A stretch of DNA of 64,000 bases from an uncultured Verrucomicrobiae bacterium (GTDB lineage: Bacteria > Verrucomicrobiota > Verrucomicrobiia > Chthoniobacterales > UBA10450), in NCBI GenBank assembly GCA_963815455.1, contig CAWFGO010000001.1:640001-704000 (forward strand), in the 5' to 3' direction. A program made the position numbers and the translations under genes. The notes below the pieces were generated by a model. That model had not been told where the DNA came from and did no database searches. It saw nothing but the letters and a program-made list of their open reading frames with translations. Of the stretch, positions 54,146-64,000 are shown piece by piece (position 1 is the stretch's first letter; each line of letters starts with the position of its first letter).

Positions 54146-54728
54146 TAATTGCCTTTTTCCCAAATAAATGCCGCATAAACGTGTCCGTCTGCAATCCAAA
54201 ATCGGCAACGAACCGGCAGCACGAAGGATCGTTCTGTTACGCATCTATCCATCTTAGGGACCGGAAATTACTCATACCAACACGATGCACAATGCGGAAG
54301 TTTTCCAGTTTCCCGCTGGTCGAAGTATCAACGCAAAGAGACGCTGCGCCTCATCGCGAGTTTCCTTGAGAAGGATCCCGAGACATCGGGGCGTTTCGGC
54401 CATAGGTTGAACTCCAGTTGCCGCGGCCGCGGTTGCCTTTTGCGGGGTCGATTACCGAGTAGATGGCGCAATCGTATCTTCATGTTCGAGTGAACATAAT
54501 GAAACACGGAACGTTCGTCCATCTTAAAAAATGCAGACTGCACATCCGGGGACATCCCTTCTTAACAAGGCCGAGCAGTTTGTCCGATTCGGTGGTCCCG
54601 CCTGCTTAAAATCGCGGGGAGCTTCGCCGCGAGCGCACTCCGGGAGCCCGGGTTCCGTCGCTTTTAGATCTGGCCGATAGACTCATTTCTTGTAAAATTT
54701 CAGCAGACCTAGTTGGTGCGATCTTACC

Positions 54729-57260
54729 ATGGACGCGCACGGTAATCCGACATCTCAGCGACCGGCCGGTGGAAACCACCGCGAGCCCGACACGATCGCG
54801 CAAACGCCAACTCACATCGACGCCGGGATGTCAAAAACGCCGCTGCATCGAGATGTACACCCGGCGGGAAAGGATCCCACTCCAGGAGCTCAGCCGCCGG
54901 AAGAAACCAGACGCGCGAAACTGCGAAAGCCGCATCGTGTTGCCGCTGGAATGCTGGCGTTAACCGAGAGCTTGCGCTTCACCATCCGCGAGACCGGCTT
55001 GATCCGCGGAATTGGTGATTGGCTCAAGGTGAATAAGAAGGATGGCTTCGATTGCCAGAGCTGCGCCTGGCCGAGCCCGGATGATCACCGGCACGTGTTC
55101 GAGTTTTGCGAAAACGGCGTCAAAGCGTTAACGAGCGAGGCGACAACTAAAAGGATCGGGCCCGAATTATTCCGCGAGCACTCTATCGCTGATCTCCAAA
55201 AACAGAGCGACCACTGGCTTGAGCTGCAAGGACGACTTGTCCATCCGATGGTGAAATGCGCAGGCGCGACGCATTATGAGGCGATTGGGTGGGACGAAGC
55301 GTTCGCGTTGATGGCGGAGGAATTGAACGCGTTGCCAACGTCGAACGCGGCGGCTTTTTATACGAGCGGTCGGACGAGCAATGAGGCCGCATTTCTCTAT
55401 CAGCTTTTTGCGCGGCAATTCGGCACCAACAACCTGCCCGATTGTTCGAACATGTGTCACGAATCGAGCGGCGCGGCGTTAACTGAAACCATCGGCATCG
55501 GCAAGGGCTGTGTAACTCTGGAGGACTTCGAAAAAACCGACGGGATTTTCATTCTCGGCCAAAATCCGGGGACAAATCATCCGCGCATGATGACCTTCCT
55601 CGAACGCGCGAAGGAAAACGGGGCGAAGATCGTGGCGCTCAATCCGATGCCCGAGCCGGGCTTGATGGAAGGGGTCAATCCAAATCCGCAGGAATACCGG
55701 AACCCGGTAAAATTCGCTGCGAAAATGCTGTTCAACATCGGCACTCCAATCAGCGATCTCTGGTTGCCGGTAAGGGTGAACGGCGATATGGCGGCGATGC
55801 GCGGTATCATGAAAGAGATGCTGGCCGAAGAGGAGCGCAATCCCGGATCGATTTTTGATCGCGAGTTCATCGAGCAATACACTGTCGGCTTCGAGCCATT
55901 CGTCGAACATCTGCGCGCCACGCCTTGGGCCGATATCCTCGAAAGCGCTGGCTTAACGCGCGAGCAAATCCGCGACGCGGCCAAAATCGCCATGGGATGC
56001 AAGCGCATCATCACCTGCTGGGCGATGGGATTGACGCAACACAAAAATGCCGTCGCTACTATTCAAGAGGTGATGAATTTCCATCTCCTCGGCGGAAATA
56101 TCGGTCGACCGGGGGCCGGACCTTGCCCGGTGCGCGGACACTCCAATGTGCAGGGCGATCGCACGATGGGCATTTGGGAGCACATGAACGAAAGGTTCAT
56201 GGAAAAACTGGGACTCGAATTCCAGTTCACGCCGCCGAAAGAGCATGGAACCGACGTCGTCGAAACAATCAAGCAGATGCACGATGGCAAGATCAGGTTC
56301 TTCCTCGGAATGGGCGGTAACTTCCTGGCCGCGGCCCCCGACACGGAATACACCGCGAAGGCGATGCAGAAATGCCGGCTGACGGCGCACGTCTCAACGA
56401 AACTGAATCGCTCTCATCTGATCACTGGCGAGATCGCGCTCATCCTGCCCTGCCTCGGCCGATCGGAACTTGATGTGCAGGAAACGGGCGAGCAATTCGT
56501 GACGGTGGAAGACTCAATGGGGATCATCAATCCCTCGCGCGGCCACGCGCAGCCCGCCAGCGAATATCTGAAAAGCGAACCGGCCATTATTGGTCGATTA
56601 GCGGAAGCGACATTAGGAAGCCGGAGCACGGTTGATTGGAAAGGCCTGGTCGCGAACTATGACCGCGTCCGAGATCACATTGAGCATGTCATTGCAGGTT
56701 TCGAAGACTTCAACAGCCGAATTCGAAGGGACGTTTTCTATTTGCCTAACGATGCACGCGATAAACGGGAGTTTCATACCCGCGTCGGTAAAGCGGTATT
56801 CATCGTCTCCGAATTAACCAAGCCCACGGTTGGGCCCGGACAGTATTTAATGATGACGATCCGCAGCCATGATCAGTTTAATACGACCATTTACGGGCTA
56901 GATGATCGTTATCGTGGAGTCTACAATGGTCGCCGCGTTATTTTCATGAACCCTGAGGACGTGAAGGCTGCGGGGTTGAAGCAAGGAGAGTTTGTCGATC
57001 TAACAAGTCATTATGAAGGTGAAGAACGTGTCGCGCGCCACTTCATGGTTGCGCCGCATCCGATCGCACGCGGCTGCACCGCCACCTACTTTCCCGAGAC
57101 CAACGTCCTCGTTCCGATCAATAGCACGGCCGAGCGAAGCAACACACCAACAAGCAAAAGCGTGGTGATTTCGATCAAGCCATCGCTGGATCCTGAAGCG
57201 GCGATCGATGACCTTCTCCGGAACGCGAGGGCCACGTCACGCAAGCACTCAAAGATGTAA
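54729..57260 (+). CDS. FdhF/YdeP family molybdopterin oxidoreductase
   Basis: GFDCQSCAWP, FEFCENG, FYTSGRTSNE, NNLPDCSNMCHE, RGHSNVQGDRTMG, RSHDQFNTTIYG. Confidence 0.92.
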   Translation: MDAHGNPTSQRPAGGNHREPDTIAQTPTHIDAGMSKTPLHRDVHPAGKDPTPGAQPPEETRRAKLRKPHRVAAGMLALTESLRFTIRETGLIRGIGDWLKVNKKDGFDCQSCAWPSPDDHRHVFEFCENGVKALTSEATTKRIGPELFREHSIADLQKQSDHWLELQGRLVHPMVKCAGATHYEAIGWDEAFALMAEELNALPTSNAAAFYTSGRTSNEAAFLYQLFARQFGTNNLPDCSNMCHESSGAALTETIGIGKGCVTLEDFEKTDGIFILGQNPGTNHPRMMTFLERAKENGAKIVALNPMPEPGLMEGVNPNPQEYRNPVKFAAKMLFNIGTPISDLWLPVRVNGDMAAMRGIMKEMLAEEERNPGSIFDREFIEQYTVGFEPFVEHLRATPWADILESAGLTREQIRDAAKIAMGCKRIITCWAMGLTQHKNAVATIQEVMNFHLLGGNIGRPGAGPCPVRGHSNVQGDRTMGIWEHMNERFMEKLGLEFQFTPPKEHGTDVVETIKQMHDGKIRFFLGMGGNFLAAAPDTEYTAKAMQKCRLTAHVSTKLNRSHLITGEIALILPCLGRSELDVQETGEQFVTVEDSMGIINPSRGHAQPASEYLKSEPAIIGRLAEATLGSRSTVDWKGLVANYDRVRDHIEHVIAGFEDFNSRIRRDVFYLPNDARDKREFHTRVGKAVFIVSELTKPTVGPGQYLMMTIRSHDQFNTTIYGLDDRYRGVYNGRRVIFMNPEDVKAAGLKQGEFVDLTSHYEGEERVARHFMVAPHPIARGCTATYFPETNVLVPINSTAERSNTPTSKSVVISIKPSLDPEAAIDDLLRNARATSRKHSKM

Positions 57261-57563
57261 CCAGAAATCTGTGGGGCTGTACTCGACTGAGCGCATCGCA
57301 GTCGCCTAATTCACCGCGAGTGACACCAAGAAATCCCGCGCCAGCGCGGGCGACAAGTCTGCAGCGTGAGATACGCAACGGGAAAACTGTCGGGATCTAC
57401 GGATCACGTTCCCGGCGCGGCCCGCCAAGCCCATTATCAATAAGTCAGATCTGGTCGACTTTTTGCGCCTCCGCGAACGGGGGTACCGTCCCGTTCGAAA
57501 AGGATCTTCGCAATCACACAGATGCGATGGCTGCCATCAAAAAAATGGCAGCGAACGAAAGAT

Positions 57564-57737
57564 CTACGCCTGGGTGTGGCGGGCGAAGTGTCTTTCCACG
57601 CCTTTTGGAAGCAACCGTTTGCGCCCTCGTTGGCGCCTACGCGCGAGCGTGGCGCGCCCCGCCTTCGTTTTCATGCGCGCGCGGAAACCGTGCTGCTGTT
57701 TTCGCGTGCGTTTGGATCGCTGTAACGTGCGTTTCAT
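57564..57737 (-). CDS. rpmH: 50S ribosomal protein L34 (57 aa; below ORF-track cutoff)
   Basis: Manual translation [57 protein letters not shown]. Confidence 0.92.
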   Translation of the reverse strand: MKRTLQRSKRTRKQQHGFRARMKTKAGRATLARRRQRGRKRLLPKGVERHFARHTQA

Positions 57738-57817
57738 AAAACCGCCGAATTGTTCCGGCGCAATTCAAGAGCGGTTACAGTAAGAATGAGCGCGGGATTG
57801 TCAATCCTCGTATCTCA

Positions 57818-57911
57818 GTCATTCTGAGCGCAGCGCAGCGGAGTCGAAGAACCCCGTGTTTCGCACGTTTAAACGAAATCATCGGGATCCCTCGACTGCG
57901 CTCGGGATGAC
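57818..57911. repeat. MITE-like element GTCATTCTGAGCG...CGCTCGGGATGAC
   Basis: Imperfect terminal inverted repeats; related to 30768-30907. Confidence 0.7.
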
Positions 57912-57959
57912 AGTTGTCGATTGCCAGCGCCTCGGGTTTCGAGGATAATCGAGCCGACG

Positions 57960-58439
57960 ATGAGCGCAAAGGTCGTGATTGAGCCGGCGACGGAAGCGGA
58001 CTTGGACGAACTGTCCGAGATGCTAGGGGGATTGTTCTCTCAGGAGAGCGACTTTCGGCCGGACAAAGACAAGCAACTGCGCGGCTTGCGTTTGATTTTC
58101 GAACAACCAAATCGCGGCCGCGTTTTTGTTCTCCGGCGCGATGGAGCGATCGTTGGAATGATCAATCTGCTTTTCACCATTAGCACGGCGGAAGGCGGCT
58201 TTGTGATCCTGCTGGAGGACCTGGTCGTCCACCAGAAATATCAGGGGCACGGCTACGGCGCGAAGCTTCTGAATCACGCCATCGACTTTGCCAAACAAAA
58301 GAATTTTCTGCGCATCACGCTGTTGACCGATCGCCCTGAGAACGTCGCCCAGGAGTTTTTCCGGCGACACGGCTTCGTGGAATCATCCATGATCCCGATG
58401 CGGTTGTTGATCAATCCGGGAAACGAGCAAACGCCGTAA
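57960..58439 (+). CDS. GNAT N-acetyltransferase
   Basis: LEDLVV...YQGHGYG..LL, N..AQ.FF...GF. Confidence 0.88.
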   Translation: MSAKVVIEPATEADLDELSEMLGGLFSQESDFRPDKDKQLRGLRLIFEQPNRGRVFVLRRDGAIVGMINLLFTISTAEGGFVILLEDLVVHQKYQGHGYGAKLLNHAIDFAKQKNFLRITLLTDRPENVAQEFFRRHGFVESSMIPMRLLINPGNEQTP

Positions 58440-58452
58440 GACCGGCGCTCGA

Positions 58453-61128
58453 CTACTTCGGGCCGCCAGGAATTTGCGCGCCTAGCCGTTGGCGAAGCTC
58501 AGTTCGAAATTCGATTTCATCGATGGCTTTGGCGACCTCCTTGGCGCTTGCCGCCGGCAACTGCGCCTTGGCATAGCTCCGCAGGTCGGTCACGCGGGCA
58601 AGATCGGAAAAGAACGTAAACAAACTTGGCGCATAGCTGTTTGCGCCGAGCGCGTCAGTCTTGGCCAGCAACGCTTTCATGTTCGCTTTGGCAAACTCCC
58701 AGGCCAGCTCCGGACGCTCGCTTTGGCGTGCCACCTTAATCACGAGAAACACGGCGCGACTCGTGGACAGCTCATCGGTAAGGGCGATCGGAAGCGTTTT
58801 TTCCACCAGCTTGGGGTCAATCGCCGCGGCCAACGCGCTGTAATAATTCTGTTTTTCCTCGGTACTGGTTGTCTTCAGGCCGAGCTCATGAAGTTTGTTC
58901 CAAGTCTTTTCGTCGGCATAACGCCCGATTACAGCCAGGACAGGCGGACGCAAGTCGGGCGGAACCGACGCTGGATCCATAACGTATTTTTCAAAACGTT
59001 CGCGACAACCCGCGATGATTTGCGGATCGTTCAAATCGCCGAGTGCAGCAATCAAGCCGGCCCGCAAGTTTGAAAATTTCACTGGCTCCCCCGTTTTCGG
59101 CTCCCAGCCGAGCGCGTCAAAACTTGGGCGCAGAATCGACCGCGCATACTGCTGAAACTTCTCGCGCTCGGGCGTGCCGACAAGGAGCCGGTTTACAAAA
59201 TCGAAAACGGTGATGATCTGCTCGCGCTCTGCCAGCTCGGTCGCAGATGGCAGCTTTTCGATGAGACCCAGGTAAAGCGAGAACTGCGCGCGATTTGCCT
59301 GCACTAGCGCCCAGGCGTCGCTCATCAGGTTGACGCGATCCTGCACATCCAGTTGGGGCAGGACGCCGAGGAGCAGCTCCCACGAGACATCGTCATATTC
59401 GACTCGATAATTTCCGGCGCCGTCGGCATTCAATTTCAGGGCGCGATCGACTGGAATGTCTTGAAGCTGGTCGGTCTTCGCGGTCATCAAGAGGCTCTTG
59501 GACTCGTCACCGCCGACGACGAAATAGGTAAGCGGAATCTTCCACTGCAACGGCGGCGCGTCCTTAAAGTTCAATGTGAATCTATCCTGCCTGAGGGAAA
59601 CTTTGCCGTCTTCCCCACGCGTTACCGTCACCAGGGGAAATCCCGGTTGCTCCGTCCAGCCGGCGGCGATTTTGACGACCGACTTACCCGACGCATCCGC
59701 AAGTGCTTTCCAAAGGTCCGCGGTAGTCGAATTGGAGAGTCGGTGGGCGGCAATGTATCGGCGAATGCCGTCACGAAAAACATTTTCACCGAGAAAACTC
59801 TCCAGCATTCGAATGAGTGACTGGCCTTTCTTGTAAGTAATATCGTCAAAAGCGCTGTTCGCTTCGGCCTCGGTTGCGATCGGTTGCTGGACGGGATGCG
59901 TTGTCGATCTTGCGTCGCCTTCCATGGCCTGTTCCTTGGCGATGCCGACGCGCCGGGCCGGATTGCGCGGCTGATTTCTGCGGAGCCAGACTTCCCATTG
60001 AGGATTAAAATGGGCGCTGCATTTCGTTCCCATCCACGAAGCGAAACCTTCGTTGAGCCAGAGATTGTCCCACCACGCCATCGTCACCAGATCGCCGAAC
60101 CACATGTGCGCCATCTCATGCGCAATCACTTCAAAAATGTTCTGCTTTGTGTCTTCGGAAGATTTTTGCGGATCAAATAACAAAACCGACTCGTAGTAGG
60201 TAATGCCGCCCCAGTTCTCCATGGCCCCGCCGAACCCGCCGGGAAGCGCGATCTGGTCGAGCTTCGGCAATGGATACGGTTCGCCGAAGTAATCGTTGTA
60301 ATACTGGAGAATCTTGGCCGTGCTTTCGAGCGCGTAACGTCCCCATTCCGCTTTACCCTTGGTTGCGATCACCCGAATTCGCGTGCCGGCTGCCTTCGTT
60401 TCGATGAAGTCCAGCTCGCCCGCGACGAAAACATTCAGATAACTCGCCATCGCCGGAGTCATGGCAAAGCGAACTTCTTTTTCAGTGCGCGCCGCGCCGG
60501 AGCCATGCGAAGGCGGGTCGATCTTGCTTTCGGATTCGACCGGCATATTCGAAACCGCTAGCCAATTCTCGGGAACCACTACGGTGAGTTGAAAACGCGA
60601 TCGGAAACTTGGTTCGTCCCAGCACGGAAAAAATCGGCGAGCGTCGGTGGCTTCGAACTGGGTTCCAAGCAAGATTTTCTTCGCCCCGGTTCCCTGCTCC
60701 TGATAATTCGCGTAGAAAAGGCCCTGGCCTTGTTGATTGATTTTCCCGGCAAAGCTGAGACCCAGCGTGTGATATACAAAGGGCAGCGCGGATGGCAGAG
60801 CAATTCGAACCAGCTCGTTCTTACTGTCGATCTTAATTGCTGATTTCGGCAGCGCTTTGCCATCAAGGGTTGCGTCGGTCACATCTATTTCGAGCGCATT
60901 TAGCATCAGCTCGCGAACCGGGGCACGCACGTTGAGCTTGATCGTCTCCGTGCCGGTAAAGGTCAGTTTGGCGATATCGGGGACGATCCGGACGGCGTAT
61001 TCGAGCGGGACAACGTTCTTCGGCAATTTTCCCGGTGTATTTTCGAATTTGAACGGCTTTTCTGCATTCATGCTCGCGCAAAAGATAAAGAAAACGAACC
61101 AAAGAGAGAAAAGTCTAGCGGGGCGCAT
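58453..61128 (-). CDS. pepN: Secreted M1 family aminopeptidase with ERAP1-like C-terminus
   Basis: TQFE..DARR.FPCWDEP, GAMENWG, HEMAHMWFG, WLNEGFA, YxKG; signal peptide. Confidence 0.92.
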   Translation of the reverse strand: MRPARLFSLWFVFFIFCASMNAEKPFKFENTPGKLPKNVVPLEYAVRIVPDIAKLTFTGTETIKLNVRAPVRELMLNALEIDVTDATLDGKALPKSAIKIDSKNELVRIALPSALPFVYHTLGLSFAGKINQQGQGLFYANYQEQGTGAKKILLGTQFEATDARRFFPCWDEPSFRSRFQLTVVVPENWLAVSNMPVESESKIDPPSHGSGAARTEKEVRFAMTPAMASYLNVFVAGELDFIETKAAGTRIRVIATKGKAEWGRYALESTAKILQYYNDYFGEPYPLPKLDQIALPGGFGGAMENWGGITYYESVLLFDPQKSSEDTKQNIFEVIAHEMAHMWFGDLVTMAWWDNLWLNEGFASWMGTKCSAHFNPQWEVWLRRNQPRNPARRVGIAKEQAMEGDARSTTHPVQQPIATEAEANSAFDDITYKKGQSLIRMLESFLGENVFRDGIRRYIAAHRLSNSTTADLWKALADASGKSVVKIAAGWTEQPGFPLVTVTRGEDGKVSLRQDRFTLNFKDAPPLQWKIPLTYFVVGGDESKSLLMTAKTDQLQDIPVDRALKLNADGAGNYRVEYDDVSWELLLGVLPQLDVQDRVNLMSDAWALVQANRAQFSLYLGLIEKLPSATELAEREQIITVFDFVNRLLVGTPEREKFQQYARSILRPSFDALGWEPKTGEPVKFSNLRAGLIAALGDLNDPQIIAGCRERFEKYVMDPASVPPDLRPPVLAVIGRYADEKTWNKLHELGLKTTSTEEKQNYYSALAAAIDPKLVEKTLPIALTDELSTSRAVFLVIKVARQSERPELAWEFAKANMKALLAKTDALGANSYAPSLFTFFSDLARVTDLRSYAKAQLPAASAKEVAKAIDEIEFRTELRQRLGAQIPGGPK

Positions 61129-61184
61129 GGTGCCACTAAACAACTTGCGCGAACCTTTGCATCTGCAAATAAGCTGGTCCGGAA

Positions 61185-61625
61185 CTACCGCACAAACAGG
61201 ACGAGCAACAATTGCCCGCTGCCCACTTGCGGCCCTTTGATCACGAGCGGGCTGCGCTTGCTTAATTTGGCCTCGGTCTCGAGGAGCAGTTCTTTTTCCC
61301 GGTAGAGTTTCAAATCCAGCACGTAGCCGCCCTTGCCTTGGCCGTGGGCATCGACCAGCAGTGAGAAATACCTGCTCCAGGCCAGCCAATTCTCATTCCC
61401 ATTTTGCAGCGTCTTGCTGGATTGGCCGATAATCTGAAACTGATTATAGCCGAAAAGATCCTTCAACGTCTGTTCGATCCGGGTTAGTTCAGCCGGAATG
61501 GCTGCCGGCTGGGGCGAATTTTCGGCAATAACCAGTCCGCTCCAGACAGTCTCGGCGCCCTGCGCCCCGGCCGCGCTCAGCATCGCAGCGAGAACAACTG
61601 CGAGGTATGAGAGCCGGGATTTCAT
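61185..61625 (-). CDS. Secreted hypothetical protein in the ECF operon
   Basis: Signal peptide; 6 bp downstream of the anti-sigma gene. Confidence 0.7.
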   Translation of the reverse strand: MKSRLSYLAVVLAAMLSAAGAQGAETVWSGLVIAENSPQPAAIPAELTRIEQTLKDLFGYNQFQIIGQSSKTLQNGNENWLAWSRYFSLLVDAHGQGKGGYVLDLKLYREKELLLETEAKLSKRSPLVIKGPQVGSGQLLLVLFVR

Positions 61626-61631
61626 GGATGA

Positions 61632-62150
61632 TTATTTGGCGGCGTATTCCGCGGGGAACGATTGCAGCCCCTCCGTCCAGAGCACTGTGACCTTATGTTC
61701 TTTGGCCTCGAACATCGAGACAGTGGCGTTGGGGCTTACCGTGGGATCGACCCGCGAATTCAGAATCTGGGTAAGATATTGCGATTGCTCGGCCGGTTTC
61801 CTGTCGCGCAGGATGAACACAGCACAGATGGCGAACAGCGCGAGCGCGGTCGCCCCCACCCCGAACAGCCGCCGAATCGTCCACCCAGTCGAAATGCCAC
61901 CTGCGGCCTGGTGAGCAGGCTCATCTTCATCGCGCGCGATCCGCTCCCGAAGTTGATGATTGAAAAAGTCTTCGTTGCCCAACACGCGCGATCCAACGTG
62001 CTCTTTCAACAACGCACCGACCCTGAGCGCATCGCGCTTCTCGACTTCAGCCGCCGCTTTGTCCGGCAGCGAAGCCTCGAACTCGGCAAGTTCTCGTCCG
62101 CTCAACTGGCCATCGAGCCAGGCGGTCCATTTTTCTTCAAACGTTTTCAT
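61632..62150 (-). CDS. Membrane-anchored anti-sigma factor
   Basis: WTAWLDGQLS..E...FE N-terminus, one TM helix, overlaps the sigma gene. Confidence 0.75.
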   Translation of the reverse strand: MKTFEEKWTAWLDGQLSGRELAEFEASLPDKAAAEVEKRDALRVGALLKEHVGSRVLGNEDFFNHQLRERIARDEDEPAHQAAGGISTGWTIRRLFGVGATALALFAICAVFILRDRKPAEQSQYLTQILNSRVDPTVSPNATVSMFEAKEHKVTVLWTEGLQSFPAEYAAK

Positions 62151-62763
62151 AAACATCTCTCAGCATGTTTTGCAGCTTCTTGCGCGCGTAAAACAGGCGC
62201 GACATCACCGTGCCGATCGAACACTCCAGGGCCTCGGCGATTTCGTGATATTGCATCCCTTCGGTTTCCTTCATCAAAATCACGGCCCGATGTTCGGGCG
62301 AAAGTTGGGCGATGGCCGCGTCGATCCTGGCGCGAATCTCGGCCTGTTCCATTCTCTGGTGCGGCAATGGCTCCGCTCTCGGCGCCGTCTTGGCGGCAGG
62401 ATCGATTTCCCCTAGTTGAATCGCGTCATCAAATTCCGCACCAGCGCCTTTGATCTGCTTTTTCCGCAGCCAATCGATCGTCACGTTCATCACGATCCGG
62501 TAAATCCAGGTGTAAAAGGAGGACTGACCGCGGAAGCGTTTGATCGACTTCCAGGCTTTGACAAAACTGTCCTGGGCCAAATCCCAGGCGTCTTGCTCGT
62601 TGTGGACCATATTGTAGATCATGGCGAAAATTCGGGTGCGGTAACGTGTCACCAGCTGGTCGAATGCCTCGGTCTGCCCGGCCTGACATTGCTTGATCAG
62701 GTCCGCGTCCGACACATCGACTTGGGCCAGAGTCGCTTCCGTTTGCATAGTTGGACGGGCCAA
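62137..62763 (-). CDS. ECF sigma factor (RpoE-like)
   Basis: AFDQLV.RY, DAWDLAQDSFVKAW, FYTWIYRI, Y.EIA..L....GTVMSRLFYARKKL. Confidence 0.92.
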   Translation of the reverse strand: MARPTMQTEATLAQVDVSDADLIKQCQAGQTEAFDQLVTRYRTRIFAMIYNMVHNEQDAWDLAQDSFVKAWKSIKRFRGQSSFYTWIYRIVMNVTIDWLRKKQIKGAGAEFDDAIQLGEIDPAAKTAPRAEPLPHQRMEQAEIRARIDAAIAQLSPEHRAVILMKETEGMQYHEIAEALECSIGTVMSRLFYARKKLQNMLRDVYENV

Positions 62764-62775
62764 CGGCTACTTCAT

Positions 62776-63444
62776 TCAACCCCTGGAATCTTCGGAGCCG
62801 TAGCGGCGACGCCACTCGCCCCGGTACTCGCCCATCAGGTCGATGATCCCATCACGGACCTGAAAAAGGCGTTGCTCCAGGACGGAATGTTCCGTGGCGG
62901 TGATAAGCTTGCCCGCAAAAAGCTGCGTGGCCGCCTCCATCGACATCGTAATCGCCTTTAACGCTCGCTTCAGATACGCGATCGTCATTCCCAGTTCGTC
63001 GCCATCGTCGTCGCTCAAGGCCGCCGCCAGTTTTGCGCTGGCCAGCGCGGAATGGGTAGCCAGTTTCACCGCCGCCGGATCGTTCTGGAGCGAACTATTT
63101 TCATCGAAGAGCTGGTCGATCCAGATGGTCAATCCAAAGGCGGCGCGATAAAGCGCGTGGTCTTCGAAAGTCTCACAGAGAAAAGCCTCCTGGTCCTCAT
63201 CGGTCAACGAGTCGTCGCTCGACTTCCAATCTTCGCTCACGGCATCGGCATCTTCGTCGTCGTTGTCCTCGAGCAGGTGCGACCAGCCCATTTCGCGCGC
63301 GATGATCTCGTCCCGGTCCGGATCGTCGATGTACTTCTCCAGCAGCTCCATATACTTCTCAGTTTTCTGATCCTGCTGCTGAAGGAACCGCTCCCACTCG
63401 TATTCGTCCCATACTTTTTCGGGTCCGCCCTCGTAGCCAGCCAT
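62776..63444 (-). CDS. Acidic helical hypothetical protein
   Basis: Long ORF between rlmN and the sigma gene; WDEYEWERFL. Confidence 0.7.
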   Translation of the reverse strand: MAGYEGGPEKVWDEYEWERFLQQQDQKTEKYMELLEKYIDDPDRDEIIAREMGWSHLLEDNDDEDADAVSEDWKSSDDSLTDEDQEAFLCETFEDHALYRAAFGLTIWIDQLFDENSSLQNDPAAVKLATHSALASAKLAAALSDDDGDELGMTIAYLKRALKAITMSMEAATQLFAGKLITATEHSVLEQRLFQVRDGIIDLMGEYRGEWRRRYGSEDSRG

Positions 63445-63488
63445 GCTTCGACTAAACGCCACCTTTACGGCGCGCGCAAAAGGTTTTG

Positions 63489-64000
63489 CTATGACGCTTT
63501 CGCCGATTCGCTGCGTTTGGTTTGCAGTCTCAACTGGCCGCAGGCGGCCTCGATATCGTGGCCTTTCTCGCGGCGTAATGTCGCGGCGATTTTATGCCCG
63601 CGCAGGATCGACAAAAATTTCTCCTGGCGATTCCTGGACGGCCGCGACCACGGCAAATCTTCGACCGTATTGTAGGGAATCAGGTTCACTTTGGCCGAAA
63701 GCCGGCGGGCATGACGCGCCAGAGAGATGCGCTTGATCGTCGGAGTCATTCACGTCCGCGATCAAAATGTATTCGAATGTGATCCGCTGCTTTTTGGAGG
63801 AAGCATAGTAATCGCAGGCCGCGAGCAACGTCTCGATGTTGTACCGGCGATTAATCGGCATGATCTGATCGCGCACGTGATCGGTTGCGCCATGCAACGA
63901 GACGGCGAGGCGGATTTGCATGGGTTCATCGGCCAGCTTCCTGATCTGCGGCGCGAGGCCGCTGGTCGAGACGGTGATGTGCCGCGCGCCGATGCCGAGG
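63489..64000 (-). CDS. rlmN: 23S rRNA (A2503) C2-methyltransferase RlmN, 3' part (frameshift near 63730)
   Basis: TVSTSG, LAVSLH, FEYILI..VND, VNLIPYN, G.DI.AACGQL. Confidence 0.9.

Noticed and set aside
54560..54728. Moco riboswitch upstream of the molybdopterin oxidoreductase
   Set aside because: No recognisable consensus by eye
57272..57435. GGGGCTGTACTCGAC start resembling tmRNA, or a 6S-like hairpin
   Set aside because: No tRNA-like 3' end or tag ORF found, and end-to-end pairing is weak; an Rfam/Infernal search would be needed

Overview
This is a 64 kb GC-rich bacterial chromosome segment. Gene content and style (H-X9-DG prepilin-like protein, CADD, Pro/Thr-linked secreted giants, dense short repeats) suggest a soil Verrucomicrobiota (Chthoniobacterales-like) genome; that assignment is inference. 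Many otherwise intact genes (rnd, treS, rlmN, ECF sigma, CADD) carry single-base frameshifts, most simply explained by long-read assembly errors. Housekeeping genes include coaE, rho, rnd, moeB, rpmI, ndh, panE, ybeY, clpS, treS-mak, fabI, nadE, tRNA-Lys(CTT), rpmH (missed by the ORF track), an M1 aminopeptidase and partial rlmN. The best candidate for a new system is a 14.3 kb overlapping-gene operon (11380-25675). It encodes four signal-peptide + FecR-like-domain proteins around one outer-membrane beta-barrel gene, with no sigma factor or TonB-dependent receptor. Two of the four are giant beta-solenoid proteins that share a conserved C-terminal domain. The second highlight is a set of tiny repeat families: GTAG REPs, an exactly 30-bp element, and 6/7/9-bp-period arrays. 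Several copies sit in frame inside coaE, rho and the aminopeptidase and would be translated. The window also has a degraded integron with two cassettes and a PemK/MazF toxin-antitoxin pair.
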